From NCBI GenBank assembly GCA_973895155.1, contig OZ316893.1:14476645-14540644 (forward strand): DNA of 64,000 nt. The letters run 5' to 3'. The notes under the pieces are model-generated. The model saw nothing but the letters and a program-made list of their open reading frames with translations, was not told the origin of the DNA and did no database searches. The translations under genes were made by a program, and so were the position numbers. The stretch comes from Marsupella aquatica (taxonomy: Eukaryota; Plantae; Marchantiophyta). Positions 1 through 13,523 of this stretch are shown in pieces (the stretch's first letter is position 1; each line of letters starts with the position of its first letter).

Positions 1-146
1 TTCATTGATGTGAAAGCTTGCTATTGTTAGTTGTGGTGAGATAGTTACCAAGAAATCCATTCTTTCAACCACAGCCTGTGGTTGCATGAGGAAAACCATC
101 AGTACTTGGATCCCTATCAAGGCCCAGTCTACGGATTTTCTTGCTA

Positions 147-350
147 AACTTTTAACTATTTTGCCACTAAAGATGATCTAATTGACAATCTGTCACAATT
201 TTTTTGTATTTACAAATATGCATGTACAACAAGTTCACCACCGTAACGAGGATAACCACATACCAAAACCGCGGTACATACAAGTACAATAAAAAAGTGG
301 TGACAATGTAAATTTGAACATCTTTAATTGCAATTTAGTTAAAAGTTGTT
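147..350. mobile_element. MITE-like imperfect hairpin element, copy 1
   Basis: Left arm (aacttttaactattttgccactaaagatg...tgtcacaa...) is an imperfect reverse complement of the right arm (...gtgacaatg...catctttaattgcaatttagttaaaagtt). A related copy lies at about 7951-8161. No TSD resolved. Confidence 0.5.
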
Positions 351-585
351 TATAGAAATAACCAGTGGTATATGTTTATTTCAAAACCAAAAAACAGTGC
401 AAATTGGTAATTTCTTGCTTTTATGCGTTTCTGTAGGTCAATCGGTTTGGATAAGCAAGTTTTGTGAGATTGTTCTATGTACAGAGAGATGAATGTTAGT
501 CCATGAAGTAAGGCCGGGTAAAAAGGGGGCCCTCTGATCTGTTATTTTTTATGAAATGTTTTATCAATAATCATGCATCAATTTA

Positions 586-930
586 TGTTAGGTACTGCTC
601 TTAGTCTTGTGACTCATGAGCTAACCATAATTAGGCTAACTCGGGTTAGGACTTAGCTAAAGTTAGCAGTAGTGTTGTTATGTATATAGCCAGGTCTGGT
701 GCCAAATCCTATGGGGACTAAGGCTCATTGTTATGGAGCTAGTTGAGAGATAGGGAGAACTAGTGTTGTGGATGCTTGGTATGGACGGTCGGCCTAGAGT
801 GCAGTAAAGCTCTTGTGTGTTCCCGTGGACGTAGCCTCATATGGAGGTGAACCACGTATCTCTCTGTGTCGACTCTTGTGCATTGGATGGTTCATGGGCT
901 TGTCGTTGTGATTGTCGTCTATGCTCAACA
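586..930 (+). mobile_element. Solo LTR, 345 bp, probably Ty1/copia type
   Basis: Starts TGTTAG and ends TCAACA; flanked by 5-bp TSD ATTTA (581-585, 931-935). Contains a cccgtggacgtagcc...ggtgaaccacg motif of the kind seen in copia LTRs. A deleted relative is at 11406-11536. Confidence 0.8.
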
Positions 931-3274
931 ATTTAAGGTAGGAGAGCTACACAAGCTGTCATATGGTGAGATTGTCATATCATTTGTACTTAACCCACCA
1001 CTGGCCTTATAAAAGGGGTCCAAGACTTCTCCCTTTTCACATTACTCTCCTCAACCCTGAGACTTTGTACTAAAAATGGTGATGAATCCAGGTTTTGTCG
1101 TGGCTAGTGGCGCGTAAGCTTAAATGTCACACATTCTATCAACAATAAGTTGTGAATTACCTGCAGTGGTAGAGCACACCATTAGTGTTTGCCATGTTAG
1201 GAACTTACTCAAGTTCCCAGCTTCTAGTTAGTTTGGCCTTACTAGAGTTAGTTAAATCTGATTACATTAGGATAAGATCCACTTTGTTCAGGCCCACGTA
1301 CACAGCTCAGCCCCCTTGGGGGTATAGTTTGGAGGGAGGGCATTCTCTCCCTCATACTTCACATTTACTTTTTGATAAGCTATGGATCCTCTAGGAATTT
1401 CTCCATCGTGGTGGGGTCATTGTAGCGTGCAAGGAAACAGTAGAAATTTTACTCGCATGAGCAAAAAATTTCCTCACATGACCCCTAATTTTTCTATATG
1501 CAATTGCCTCGCTATCAATAACTTGGTTGATAACATCCATTTTGGGGACTCCTCTTTTTGCTAGCTATCTGGCTAGCCATCTAGAGTCATAAAAAACACA
1601 CAAAAATTAGAAAAGGCAACAAAAAGCAAAATAAATTTAAAACCACTGTAAGTGTCGCTCACAATACTCCCCTTGCTAACAAAATTCCTGTTTGCTCGCA
1701 TTATAGAATATCTCATTGTGGTGTCTTGTTGGTATAGTGTAAGATTGAGTGTTCTCATGTTTCGCATTGCTGTCTAGTCTAGAGCGGACTGTTTCTTACA
1801 TGTGAGGTACAATTTTTAAGCCTTGAATATCCATGTGCACATGATGCTATGCAAGTTGATTGACTTGGTGACTCCCTACAAACCAGCAAGAATGCCCCAC
1901 AGGTGGGCAATTGGGCACTCCAAAAGGATGGTTGTGTGCCCAAGGTTTTTCTTTGCACATGGAGTGATGGCCAGATAGCCTTATTGTCCATCTTGAGCCT
2001 ACTCCTCTTAAGAATTGATGTCCTTAGTTGTGTAATTTTCCCGTTTAGTGTACTGCAAATCAGGCCACCTATGGGAATGCTCTTATAAAACAAATGGAAG
2101 AAACAAAGAAACAATCCAATGAGGGAAGAACTCACCAAGAAAGGAAGGAACTTCTGGTAGGCAGTGGCTAAAAATATAAAACTGTCTCCCTTCGAGCAAA
2201 TTGCCGGCTTGAAGTTGAAAGGAAAAGGAGGAGAGAAAAGATTATTCCAATGAGGATCCCTAGGCAAGCTTATCAAAGCCAAAAGGTAAGATTGAAACAG
2301 TATTACATTCCCCTAGTATCTCATGCATGGACAGAAGTCAAATGGACAAGAAAACCTCAATGGGGATGAAATTTAAAGTCGTTCATGAGGGAGCAAAATA
2401 CTATAAAAGGGAACCACAAGGCCTAAAAAAGAAAACCCTTAAGGAAGCAAAGCTTAAAGGTAGTCTTCAAGGCAACAAAGACTTGATGGGGCACCAGGAG
2501 ATAAGAAAATCCCCTGGAGGTCTGTAACTTTCAAAAGAGACTGTCTGGTTAATCCCCTTTGGATTTGCCTCTGTATAGTTGATGTCAGCTGGGTTTACAT
2601 GAAATGGGGTCAGTCCTGGGAATCTCTTCCCACCCCCATCTGGCGCGCAGCACAATTTGATTTGACTTCAAACTAGCTTATTGTCCATGTTCAGTCAGGC
2701 AAAGGGTTGCTACCATCAGTCATTTCTTCAACTAAAAGCTCAATCATGTAGGGCGCTCACATGGCAACATCTGTCCCTGGAAAGCTCCATATATTTGGCA
2801 AAGCCTTGGAAGCGCCTCCAAATACAAGTCAGCATGTTAGTGTAGAAGCTTGCCAAAACCCAAGTTTGAAGCACAAAGTCACTCCATTCATTAAAAGTGT
2901 ATTTTCACTTCTGGGTCTCTAAATATGCACTTTTTAACACAAAAATGTACACTATGGTACAATACTCTACACCTAAAACAATGGTTAACTGTAAGCTTGA
3001 AGGGGCAAAAAGGATCTTTAGTAGAAGGAATCTAGTCCTAGTTAGTTTACAAAAGATGAACATGGTAGTATGTCTAATGGCCATGATCTTTGTTGCTTGC
3101 CCAAATGTACACTTTCTAAAAGTCACATTTACAATTTATATTGCCCAAATGTTCATAACCAAATGATAATTCACTTATAATGAATAGATTGCAAAATTGA
3201 ACCACCTGCCTCCCACCCACAATGTGTTTTAGTCCCACTCTAAATGTATCCTGAATGCAACTGTATGTATATTT

Positions 3275-6200
3275 CCTTGGAAATGTTTTTCTTAATTTAT
3301 TAGTGACCACGAAAACCCCGTGGCAAGGAAAAACAGGAAGTGTCCCACAAAACGCAATCAACCACCCCGCCTGAAGAGCGGAAACAACAACAAGCGATGA
3401 AAACCCAAAGACCAGGCTGTCCATCACGAAAACAATGATCCACGCCAGGTGAAAGCAGAGCTCAAGTACTGTATTCCCCATTGGCTAGCATAATTCCTAT
3501 CTAGATGTAATCCAAGTTTGCCGACTGTTCAGCCACACTAATCTTTCCTGGATAAGGATCTCCTTCACTTGTAACAATCGTGTGTGTCGTCTGCTCGGTG
3601 GTAAACATAGGCCCACCGCCGATGCATGGTCAGCAGCCTCTGAGAGAATAAAGCGAAGATCAAATGTCCTATTGCCATTGGCCTGAAACATGTGCACATT
3701 CCTACTCTGCCATAAAGACCAAAGGATCTGATAGAGAATAAATAGTTTGGCTATTGTGTTGGGGTCCTTCGCTGCTGTGAGAATCAGTAGATCTAGTAGT
3801 CTATCCGAGTAATCCGTAAAGGTCCTTGAAAAACAAGTGGCAGCAAGTGACCAACATCTCTTGGCATGAGCACAGTGTGCAAAAAGATGGGGGATAGTTT
3901 CTATTTCTCCACTACACAGTTTACAGTGCCCTTCTCCTTTATCAATGCGCCTGGCTTGCACACCGGTAAAGAGACCTGAAGCCAATATTCTCCAAAGAAA
4001 TGTCTTAGCACGGGAGGAAAGGTCAGAGCGCCACAGTCCACTCCACCCTGCATTCCATTCACCTTCCGTTTTCATGCTACCCCAAGTGTGATTCAGGCTG
4101 TCATAGTCTCTGATTGGGGGGCGAATCAACATGTATGCCCTCAGATTGGATATCCTAAAAGTATTGACAGGATCAGGTCTGTCAGCCCATCTCCAGCATC
4201 GGGAACCAGTAACATAGTTCATCCTGCAACCATCTATAGCACTGACCTTTTGTAAGAACTCCCTGCAGCAAGTTTTCTCAAGCAGAGTAAAGCCTCGAAG
4301 GTGTTCTAGTTGCTCATTCAGATTACGCCACTCATTCCGTTTAGCAGACCATAAATCCTGAATGCCTCTGATGCCCATTCGGCCACACAGCACAGTGACC
4401 ACATCAAAATTTGTGTTGGGCCAAGATTGGAAACCAATGAGACAGCATATAGTGTCCATGATATTCCACCTACCAGGTATCATAACAGTGGGTGCAAAAA
4501 TCAGGTGGGAACGAAGTTGTACCCACGCCTTCCACAGTCCTCCAGTATATGCCAGTCCATTGAAGGACCGAGGACTGCATAACAACATCTTATCTTGAAA
4601 GGAGTACTTGTTCCGGCGTATCCACTTATAATTCATCCAGCTCACTAGTTTTAGATTTTCTGCAACGAGAGAGGCCCATTCCGTCTCCGGGCAATCTAGA
4701 GCTCTAGTGAACCATTTGGCTAGTAGAGCGTCGGAGTGGCTGCGGAAGTCCTTCAGCCCGAGTCCCCCCTCCATCCTAGGTCTGGCCCATGAAACAAGAG
4801 GGATCCTCTTGCCCCCCTCCGAGTTGTATCCCCATAAGAAGTCCCGGCACAGCGCAATCATTTTCTTCGCAAGTCCCTCAGACGCTCTTAGGAACATGGA
4901 GTGGTAAATAGGAATAGCCTGTAAAATGTGTCTCACCAGAAGTGTCCGTCCTGAAAAGGACAAAAGTTTATTGGCCCAGGAGGATAAGCGCATGCCGATT
5001 TTATCTAGAACAAATTTGTGCAGTTGATCCGCCTTCAAGTCTACCCCCAGGGGGGCACCCAGGTACTCCTGTAGCTCTCCTTTGTGACTAATCACGCAAC
5101 CTGTATTTGATAGCCACCTCGGTATAGTATCCAGTGATAGTGGGATGACAATGGATTTCTGCAGGTTGAGTTTTGCTCCAATTGCTGTTTCATAGCAATG
5201 CAAAACAGTTGTGGCCATTGTAAAGCTCCTCAAAGTGGCAGGGATAAACATCCCCATGTCATCCGCAAATAACCTATAACATATTGTTAGCTCCTCCGTG
5301 ATTTTGATCCCCAGTAGTCTTCTAGCCTCAAGCTCAGCATCCATGAGATCCATGAGTGGTTGAGTGGAGATAACGAACACTAAGGGTGAAAGCGGGCGGC
5401 CCTGTCTAACGCCCTGCTCCACGCCCACCGATTATGACAACACACCGTTAACATGTATTCGCAAAGATGAGTCCCTTAGTAATTCCTGTACCAACTTGAT
5501 AAAGTTGCTGCCAATCCCTAGCAGATGCATTGATTCCCAAATGTACTCATTATCTACTCTATCAAAGGCTTTTTCAAAGTCCAACTTAAGAAATAGGGAT
5601 TCCACTTTCCTATTCTTAACCCAATCACATGTTAGCCAAGCAAGCGAAATGTTCTCCAAAATATTCTTGCCAGGGATGAACCCTGTCTGCTGTACGTTGA
5701 TGAGCTTAACTAGAACCAGCTTCAATCTATTGGCCAAGATCTTAGCAATAAGCTTGTAAATCGTGTTCAACATAGTCAGGGGTCTCCAGTCCTTCAAGAA
5801 ATGTTTATCAGGCTTTTCGGAATAAATTTAATAATCTCATCTTTCACTCCTGCAGCCAGTTTAGCCAGTTTACCCGTCAGCCAGAAAACATGTATCATGG
5901 CAACTATGTCCACTCCCATAAACTCCCAACAGGCCCGGTATACCTCAGCAGTCATACCATCCGGACCTGGGGCCTTATCCGACGGCAGTAGCCAGAGATT
6001 TCGCTTGATTTCCTCGCTAGTGGGCAATGCTTCCATCCTATTCAAATCTGATATGGTTACTGTATGTCTAGTGTGGGCTAGGAGGGTGCTCCTTGCTCTC
6101 AGCCGCTCTCGGTGCTCCCCGGTTGTAAGAGGAGGGGGGGCATACAGTTCTTTATAGTGTCGTACCACTTCCTGCAGAATAGCCATCGGCTCGGTAATAG

Positions 6201-7061
6201 TACCTCCTCCCTCCGTTGACAGAGTCCTCATGGCCTCCCTGCTTCTCTTGGCTTTCACTGTAGCAAAATAAAACCAGGTGGGCTCATCCCCTCCACCCAG
6301 CCATTTGATCCTGGCATGATGTCTGCTCATGTGTGCTTCTTCTAGTTTAGCAACATGCAAAAGATATTCTGCATCGACATACGATCTCAGATCCTCCTCC
6401 GAATGGGCATCCAGTAAAGCCTCCTTGCATTCCCGTAGCTTATTTCGCAGCACCCTCATTTCTTCCGCCCGTTCTTTTGGGGAGCTCTGTTTCATCTTGT
6501 ACATCTGTCGCATCCTACTACTAGCTCGATCAAAAGCCAGCAATGGCTCCATGCAACCTCCCTTTCCTGCGTTCCATGCGCCCTCTAGTGCGGTCAAATT
6601 TTCCTGATTTCTTACCACTGTAGGATCGGCCTTGAACAAAGGGGGGCAGTGTTGTTCGTCCGCTCTCCCAGTCCAATTATCATCACCACTGGGTCGTGAT
6701 CCAAAAGCGTAGATCCCCCATCATGAATCAATTCCATGAGTTCTTCTATCCATTCTCCTTTTCCGCTAAAATAAAATCTATCCAGCCTTGACTGCACTGT
6801 TCCCGTACTCCTGTATCTGCGCCAGGTGAAATGTGCGCCCACGGCTCCTCCTTTAATCCTTATAGCATCAACCAAGTCCAATCTGACTCTCAAGAAACGC
6901 CAGAACTCTGCTTCCCGCCCCTTAATCAGAGGAGAAATTCCCTTAGAATCTTCTGGAAGTTCCGTCATATTGAAGTCGCCCCCTAGAATCCAGTCGCCCT
7001 GGGGGAGGAGTTGCTTCAGCTCATGCCATAGGCCCGCCCTCTGGCGAGGGGAATTATTATG
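3275..7061 (-). mobile_element. 5'-truncated L1-type LINE
   Basis: Flanked by a 14-bp direct repeat CTGTATGTATATTT (3261-3274, 7062-7075). AATAAA and an A-rich tail on the minus strand near 3286-3301. ORF2 remnants inside. Confidence 0.88.
3497..7061 (-). pseudogene. LINE ORF2 (partial APE endonuclease, RT, zf-RVT), disrupted
   Basis: Endonuclease motifs GDFN, SRLDRFY and DHDPV. RT motifs KAPGPDG, WRPLTML, LDFEKAFD, GVRQGRPLSP, FADD and YLGAPL. Zinc motif CKLC...HLFAHC. Frameshifts near 6630 and 5797 and an in-frame stop at 5432-5434. Confidence 0.92.
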
Positions 7062-7950
7062 CTGTATGTATATTTAATTATATAAGGGAGAATGCAAGGG
7101 CAAGTGAAAAATGAGGTACTCTGGTTAGAGAAGAAACAAAGCCAACGTAGAATTTGTTTCCAAGTGTAGATTATAGGTTGAAGGTATGACATTGCATGCG
7201 GGTGATGGTTCTGGGGTTCTGCATAGAGTGTTGCTCCATGTTAGCCATCCCCTTCACTTGACTCACTTTGGGGGGGGGGCGGGAAGCGGCAGGTATTGCA
7301 TTGCATGTCATCATTGGTGGTGGTGATTGTGGGTAGAGGGCGTCAGGCCCTGTTCCATGTTGGTCACCTCCTTCCCTTAACCCCAAAATGTGGTGTTATG
7401 GCATGGGCTTGGTGCCCACTCAGGGATGGCCCATTTCAGAGGGGATTATTTAGCCTGCAAATTTAAACAGCTTAGATCTCATCTGATGACCAGGGTGAAT
7501 TTATGTGGGGGTAAGGGCAAGATAAGAATCGCACATGGAAAATTAAGGGCCAGAGTCTAAATGGGCCCAGGTCCAAATAATGGGGCACAATGACAAGGTG
7601 TGTGTGGGCTTGTCTTGAGGCTCGTGTCCTAGTGCACTTGCTCAGGATTGTGGTTTTCCAAATCTAAGCCCGCCCAATAAAGGTTATCACATTCTCACTT
7701 ACAGATTGGTGTCCAAACTGCATGTTGGTCATTGTGGAGTGGGTGTCAGGTGTTTGGAAAGGAATGTTTGTTCCAGGTTGCAATAGGGCATCTCAAACCT
7801 GTTGTTCCCATTTTTTGGTCAGTTGCTGCAAAAATACCCATCCACTATTGTGACCAAAACCCAAATTTCAGTAAAACTTTGCCCAGGGGAGTTTTTGGCT
7901 GAGATGGGTCAAAACAACACCCGCCAAAGGTTAACTCAAAAAAACATTTA

Positions 7951-8161
7951 GTTACATATATTGCCACTAAAAATGTTCAAAATGAGAATACTGGCTCTGT
8001 TTTATTGTATTTATAAATATGCCATGATTTTATAAATACCCCAGTTATGTTGGAAAACTTGTAGTCTATACATAAAACCATGGCATACTTGTAAATAAGA
8101 AAATGTGACAGTATTGTGAATTAGAACATATTTAGTGGCAAAGTAGTTAAAAGTTGTAACT
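7951..8161. mobile_element. MITE-like imperfect hairpin element, copy 2
   Basis: ttgccactaaaaatgttc...tgtatttataaatatgccatg pairs with catggcatacttgtaaata...gaacatatttagtggcaa. Same family as 147-350. Confidence 0.55.
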
Positions 8162-9200
8162 TAGAATTGTCAGAATTATGAGTTTGGTTGCTTTTCTTAA
8201 GTTAGTGGCCGTATTGATCAATTTTGAAAACCATATATTTTCAACCAGTGACCTGGCCAACAGCATTCCAGACATGTAAAACCTCCACCAAATAGCTGGT
8301 TAGAGGCGCCCTAATGTTGCTCCTCTTTGAAATACTTGGAAACAGACGCCAACAAAGAACGTCCTTTCCAAAAGACACATTTTCAAAGGAAAAGGACTGT
8401 CTCTTAAGGAAGACTAGCCCCAACTGGGTGTGCTATGCATAGAAATACTTGGTGAGACTGTTACACTATAGTTGTTTTTAAGTGCTAAAGCCAAAACTTA
8501 AGTGTCAGTCTGAAAGGTTTCAACAATGGCAAACTCCTAACCAGGAGTTGTCATGCACCCAACAATGTGACGGACTCCCTTATCTGAGTTGAAATGAGTG
8601 AATTCAACCTATGAGTACGTGAAATGTGGATAATTGATTTTGTGTCCTGATTAATAAAAATAATGTACTACAGTCAATGGGAAAAGGAGCCCCTGCAAGA
8701 AAGGGCATGCGTCAAAGGAAAAGAACTTAAAGGAGAATTCACAGACTTTGAGCAAGTCCCAAAGAAATGGTATTGGCAAGAAACAAAATTCATTTTATGA
8801 GACCAATCCTTAAAAAAGTTGTCCTAGCTTTGACCTCAGGACAAGACCTGGAAGAAAATAATAAGAGATCTCACAAGTCTCAACGAAAGAAAGAGAGTGA
8901 GGAGCCAACAAAAACTAGCTTCATGAAACCTATCCTTGAACCCCCCCCCCCACCCCCCCTTCACTCATCTTAAAAAAAAAACCAGTCATGATTTGAAATT
9001 TGTACTCATTAATCACACTTCTGGTCACATCGGAACCAATTTTATTGCAATGCAACAAATAAACAAGCACACTTAGTGCACATGCTGACGAAAAACAAAA
9101 CTCATTTCTTCACACCTATCCTTCACATTTGTCCTTGACCTTAGGAAAAGAACTTGTGGAAAATCATAAGAGATAGTGCAAGTCTCAAGGAAGTGAATGG

Positions 9201-11245
9201 TGTGACGGGGTCCCGCCACGGTAAGTCACCATTAGTGTCACCAGCAAGACACTTGTAAATAAATAAGCCCATAGACGCAAGTTTTTTTTAATGTTCTTTA
9301 AGTTTGTAAAGTTTTTTAAAGCATCTCGGGATAGTCGGAGACCCCAACAGTTTTGTCTAGACCCGGGTTAATTATGGGGCGAGCGAGCCCTGCATAGGGC
9401 CGCGAGCCGCCAGGGAGCTACTAGGTGCGAGGGCGCGAGCTGCGGGTGGAGGGGGAAATTAAAACCCCCTTAGGGGGCTCCGCGAGTGACCGGGCAGGGG
9501 GGCCGCGAGCCCTGCATAGGGCCGCGAGCCCGCGAGGACGCGAGCTGCGAGGAAGGGGGACTCCCGCGAGTCGGGTGTCGTGCGCATAACCATCGCTACA
9601 CAACAGAGTTGGGTGGGTTGGCACCCACAGCCCACGGCCTGTGGCCTCTTGTAGTTTGGTTGCGTGGGTAGGCACCCACGGCTTGTAGCCGATTCATCTT
9701 GGTTGGGTGGGTTGGCACCCACAGCCCACGGCCTGTGGCCTCTTGTAGTTTGGTTGCGTGGGTAGTCACCCACAGCCCACGGCTTGTAGCCAATTCATCT
9801 TGGTTGGGTGGGTTGGCACCCACAGCCCATGGCCACAGGGCAAGTTCTACCGTTGGAGTTGCGGTCCGGAGAAGAGGCTACCCTATGGAAAGACACCATT
9901 GGTGAGGGGTACATCAAGGCGTGGCAGGCCTTGGCCACTTTGAGGAAGCAAGGGAGCGGCAGCACGAAGAGTACCCCGGTAAAGAAGAAGAAAAGTGAGG
10001 TGGCACTCACTCCTGTGAGTGATGAAGAGGAGGCCCACTCACGGGGCACAAGCCGGGGTACCGAGAGTGAAGAAGAGGAGGAGTAGATAGTCGTACGGAT
10101 GTGGTTGTACGGCCTCTGGATTTCCAAATTTTTTGTGAGGGGTCACTCACGGGCTTGTTGGAAAGAGCTCGCGGAGCTGATTCCAACAAGAGGCGGCGCT
10201 CCTCAAACGGAGCCAGGATGAGCAAGTTATGGCCCAGCGAAATTATGTTTTCGCGATACGAAAACGACCATAACTCAGGCGTCCGATGTCCGTTGCGAGT
10301 GCGGCTGAGTGATTCGGGATCAGGAAGAGAAAGGCTATCCAAGGGTGAGCTCAAAAGTACAATTGATAGGGCACCTAGTTTCGGCCATTGTGGGGTGCCT
10401 TGCAATTTCAGGGTTCACTGTGTATAGTTGGGGCGCCGTCGAAGGCACCGTCGGCCCCTTGTTTAGGGTTTAGGGTTTTAGCAGCATGTGTGTGTCGCAT
10501 GCCTTTTTAGTTTAGGGATTTCTTAGTGCAGGGTTTTAGCGGCGCCGCTAGGGTAGCCGCCATCGTTGTGACCCCATGAGGGGTGCTTTGGTGTGGTTTT
10601 TTTTTGGTATTTAGGGGGAGAGCCCCGGAGTAGTGAGGGGGGGAACTCAGCGTAGTGCTTTGATGCTTTTGAGTAGCTTTTGTGAGTAGCGCACCGATTA
10701 GGTGAAGTTCAAGCCAGAGTAGTGAGGTGGAGAACGTAGCACTTGTCCCAGGGAGGCAGGAGTTGGGCAGACGGCAGGAGGCCGGGTTGCCCTTACATGT
10801 GTTACGGGAAACACCAAGAGATATGGATTTGGCTTGAGGTTCCAATATTTTGTGTGTCACTTGTTATTGCTTGTGTTGTTTGTTTTCCTCCCCTAGTGCA
10901 TGTGGTCGGTTTCGTTGTGGAAACATTTGCCCTTGTCACTAGTGTTCAAACTTTATTGTAAACGTTTGTATGCTTGCCCATGAGAGGGGGGTGGTGACAG
11001 CACTCATCCGGTGGGCATGAGTTGTAGATGGTAGGACCAGTCCCTTGGACTTGATCAAAAATGGAGAGACCAGTCGGTAGACTTGATCAAAAAGTACACT
11101 TCCGGGAGCGGAATCAAACATACTCATCCTTAGGTGTGAAAATCCTCCAAATAGCGTCCCTCCACGACCCCGTAATACGATACCAACGGTTTAAGCGAAG
11201 GAAAGTACGGTTTGCACGTATTTATCGTTGGATAGGCAAGTGACA
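9201..11245. mobile_element. Solo LTR, 2045 bp, probably gypsy type
   Basis: Starts TGTGAC and ends GTGACA; 5-bp TSD AATGG (9196-9200, 11246-11250). It interrupts the second copy of an older degenerate direct repeat (8781-8945 versus 9091-9200 joined to 11251-11297), which independently confirms the junction. Confidence 0.85.
9608..9830. repeat. About 95-100 bp GC-rich tandem repeat inside the solo LTR
   Basis: gggtgggttggcacccacagcccacggcctgtggcctcttgtagtttggttgcgtgggtag... repeated about 2.3 times. Shorter gggccgcgagcc repeats lie just upstream (9377-9550). Confidence 0.85.
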
Positions 11246-11405
11246 AATGGTGAGCCGACAAAAATTCATTTTGATGAGATCTATCCTTGAAGCCCGGCCC
11301 CCTCTATTTTAGTGCATTTGTTTTGATAAAAGCCATTAAGAGAGCCAAATTCTTATTTTTGTAGTGAATTGTGATATTCATTATTCACAGATTTTTCTAA
11401 TATAG

Positions 11406-11536
11406 TGTTAGGTATTTACCCTTAGTCTAGGGTTACACTATATATAACTGTAGTTACGGCTTATCTCTCTGTGTCGACTACTTGTGCGTTGGATGGTTCA
11501 TGGGCTTGCCGTTGTGATTGTCATCTATGCTCAACC
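11406..11536 (+). repeat. Internally deleted relative of the 586-930 LTR
   Basis: Starts tgttaggta. About 75 bp (tatctctctgtgtcgact...ctatgctcaac) nearly match 857-929. No TSD. Confidence 0.7.
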
Positions 11537-12385
11537 GGACGCTCAAAATATGGAAGCAATTTTATGGACATTCTGATCTTCACTCAGATCAAGATATTGC
11601 CATTCAGATCAAAATATTAAAAACATGTGTACTACGTGCGTGAGAACCTTTGCCGATGTTGTTCACATACCCTAAGTAGTCCTTGCTTAATGAGTTGGAT
11701 AGGTTTAAATATGGAAAATGAAGTATACGGCAAGGAGGCTATGAGCACGGGCTTGCAAGTACGAGCCCAAGTGCAATAGCCTGATTTTCTTGGGGGCAAG
11801 GCCCTTAGAGCATCTCCAACCCAACATGGTTGTGCTTAGTGGGAACATTAAATACCCACTTTGACAATGTACTTTTATAGTTCACTACATACCTAGTCAT
11901 CATGACCAACTTAAAAGCAACCATGAGGGGGTAGCAGCACCTACCACCATTATTTGACAACTGTGTATTGAAATATTGAAAATCCAACAACAAACTCAAT
12001 AGAGTCAACTAGTGTATAATCTTGTCTCGTATATATACAGATCTAAAACCAAAAACCGTGTTCCTGATAATGAGATAGGGTTCTCCAACTTTGAACAATC
12101 TCCCCCAAATGGTAATAAAAAAGCTTTTAAGTCTATAGTACCTAGATAAATGAGAAAATAAATGTTATTTAAAAAACCTAAAAATGTGATGATTCCCCCA
12201 AAAAGGCAAAATATTTTGTCTTGTACTCTTTCCCTATCAAAAGGATTCTCACATTGTTTTAGAGTTTGGATGGATTTTTTAGTAACACCTAAGTTACAGC
12301 AAAAATAAACTAGTTTTTGGCGATTTAGTATGTGTACGTCAATGCTTATTCCTTTACAAAGTGTCTTCTTCTTGCCGCTCAATCC

Positions 12386-12890
12386 TTTACAAAGTGTTGG
12401 CCCCACTTTTATCTTCACATGCCATTTTTCTAGTAGACAATTGTTCAGCTTCTAAACTATTGTGAATCTGGTCTCTAATCTTTTTCTCATAATTACTTAG
12501 GTTAACAACACATACGTTACTCAAAACCTTCTAAACTTAGGAAAGAGGAATCTGAGCTCCGGTTAAGGGAAGAGGGAGTGAAATGTTTGTTTATCACGAT
12601 TTGGATTCCATCACTCTTGAGAATAGATAGCTTAGGGTCTAGGTATCAATAGTAAATTGAGAATCAAATAGTATTATTTGAATATAAGGATAGACAAGAT
12701 TGAAAAATAAATACAGATCTAAAGAGGAGGTCTCAGAAAATAAATTGAAGACATTAAGAGGGGATAAAAATTAATTAAAATCCAAAAATACAAAGGATAC
12801 ACCTTGCCTAAAATAAATGAAAACAAATATATATATATACAAAATCTCAACAACACAAAGTAACCTGAGTAGGCTCATGAACAAGGTGAG
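12386..12890 (+). repeat. Dispersed AT-rich repeat, copy 1 (copy 2 at 61426-61955)
   Basis: Collinear shared blocks tttacaaagtgttggccccacttt, aatagatagcttagggtctag, tattatttgaatataaggataga, gacaagattgaaaaa and taacctgagta. Confidence 0.8.
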
Positions 12891-13523
12891 AAGGTAAAAT
12901 CATGTAGTATGATCTATTAATATATGGGTTGCTCTAAGTTTAAGCAATCTTCCCCAAATGATCATAAAAAGCTTTTGGGACTATTCTATCTAGATAAACG
13001 AGCCACAATATATTCTTTATGACCCCTAAAAATGTGGCATCCCCAAAAGAAGCCCGGATGGACCACCATGTTGGACATTGTGCTTTATGTACCACATTTT
13101 GGTGGTCTATGGGAGTTTCGGGCTTATAGATAACTTGAAGACTTTGAGTCTTAAAATAATCTTTCTTTTTTCACCTGCAAGGCAACTAGAGAAGGAGGAG
13201 AAGATAAAAACACAAGCCTTAATATTTCATATCAACACAATTAAAATTAATCAACAAAAAATAATTTACTAGAATTTACCGTTATGCATTCCATGATGAA
13301 TAATTCAACAAAAATAACCAAACATTCATGGTCACTTTGATGGAAGTGTACCTTGTATACTCATCTAGCATTGTACCCTCAAAACAAAAAAATATTTACA
13401 GACCCCCATGAGAGGTCCTTTGCAAATTCCCTGCCACGAGGCTGTGCCGCATCAACACAACCAGTCATAAATAGGACAGATCCTAATTTTGACAGTAACA
13501 AAAGTGCACATTCATGTTTGTGG

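Noticed and set aside
1000-3200. ORFs of 60-167 aa at the left end
   Set aside because: No domain signatures; probably old degraded repeat sequence.
9808-10427. ORFs inside the 2-kb solo LTR
   Set aside because: Short, low-complexity and without recognisable motifs; not supportable as genes.
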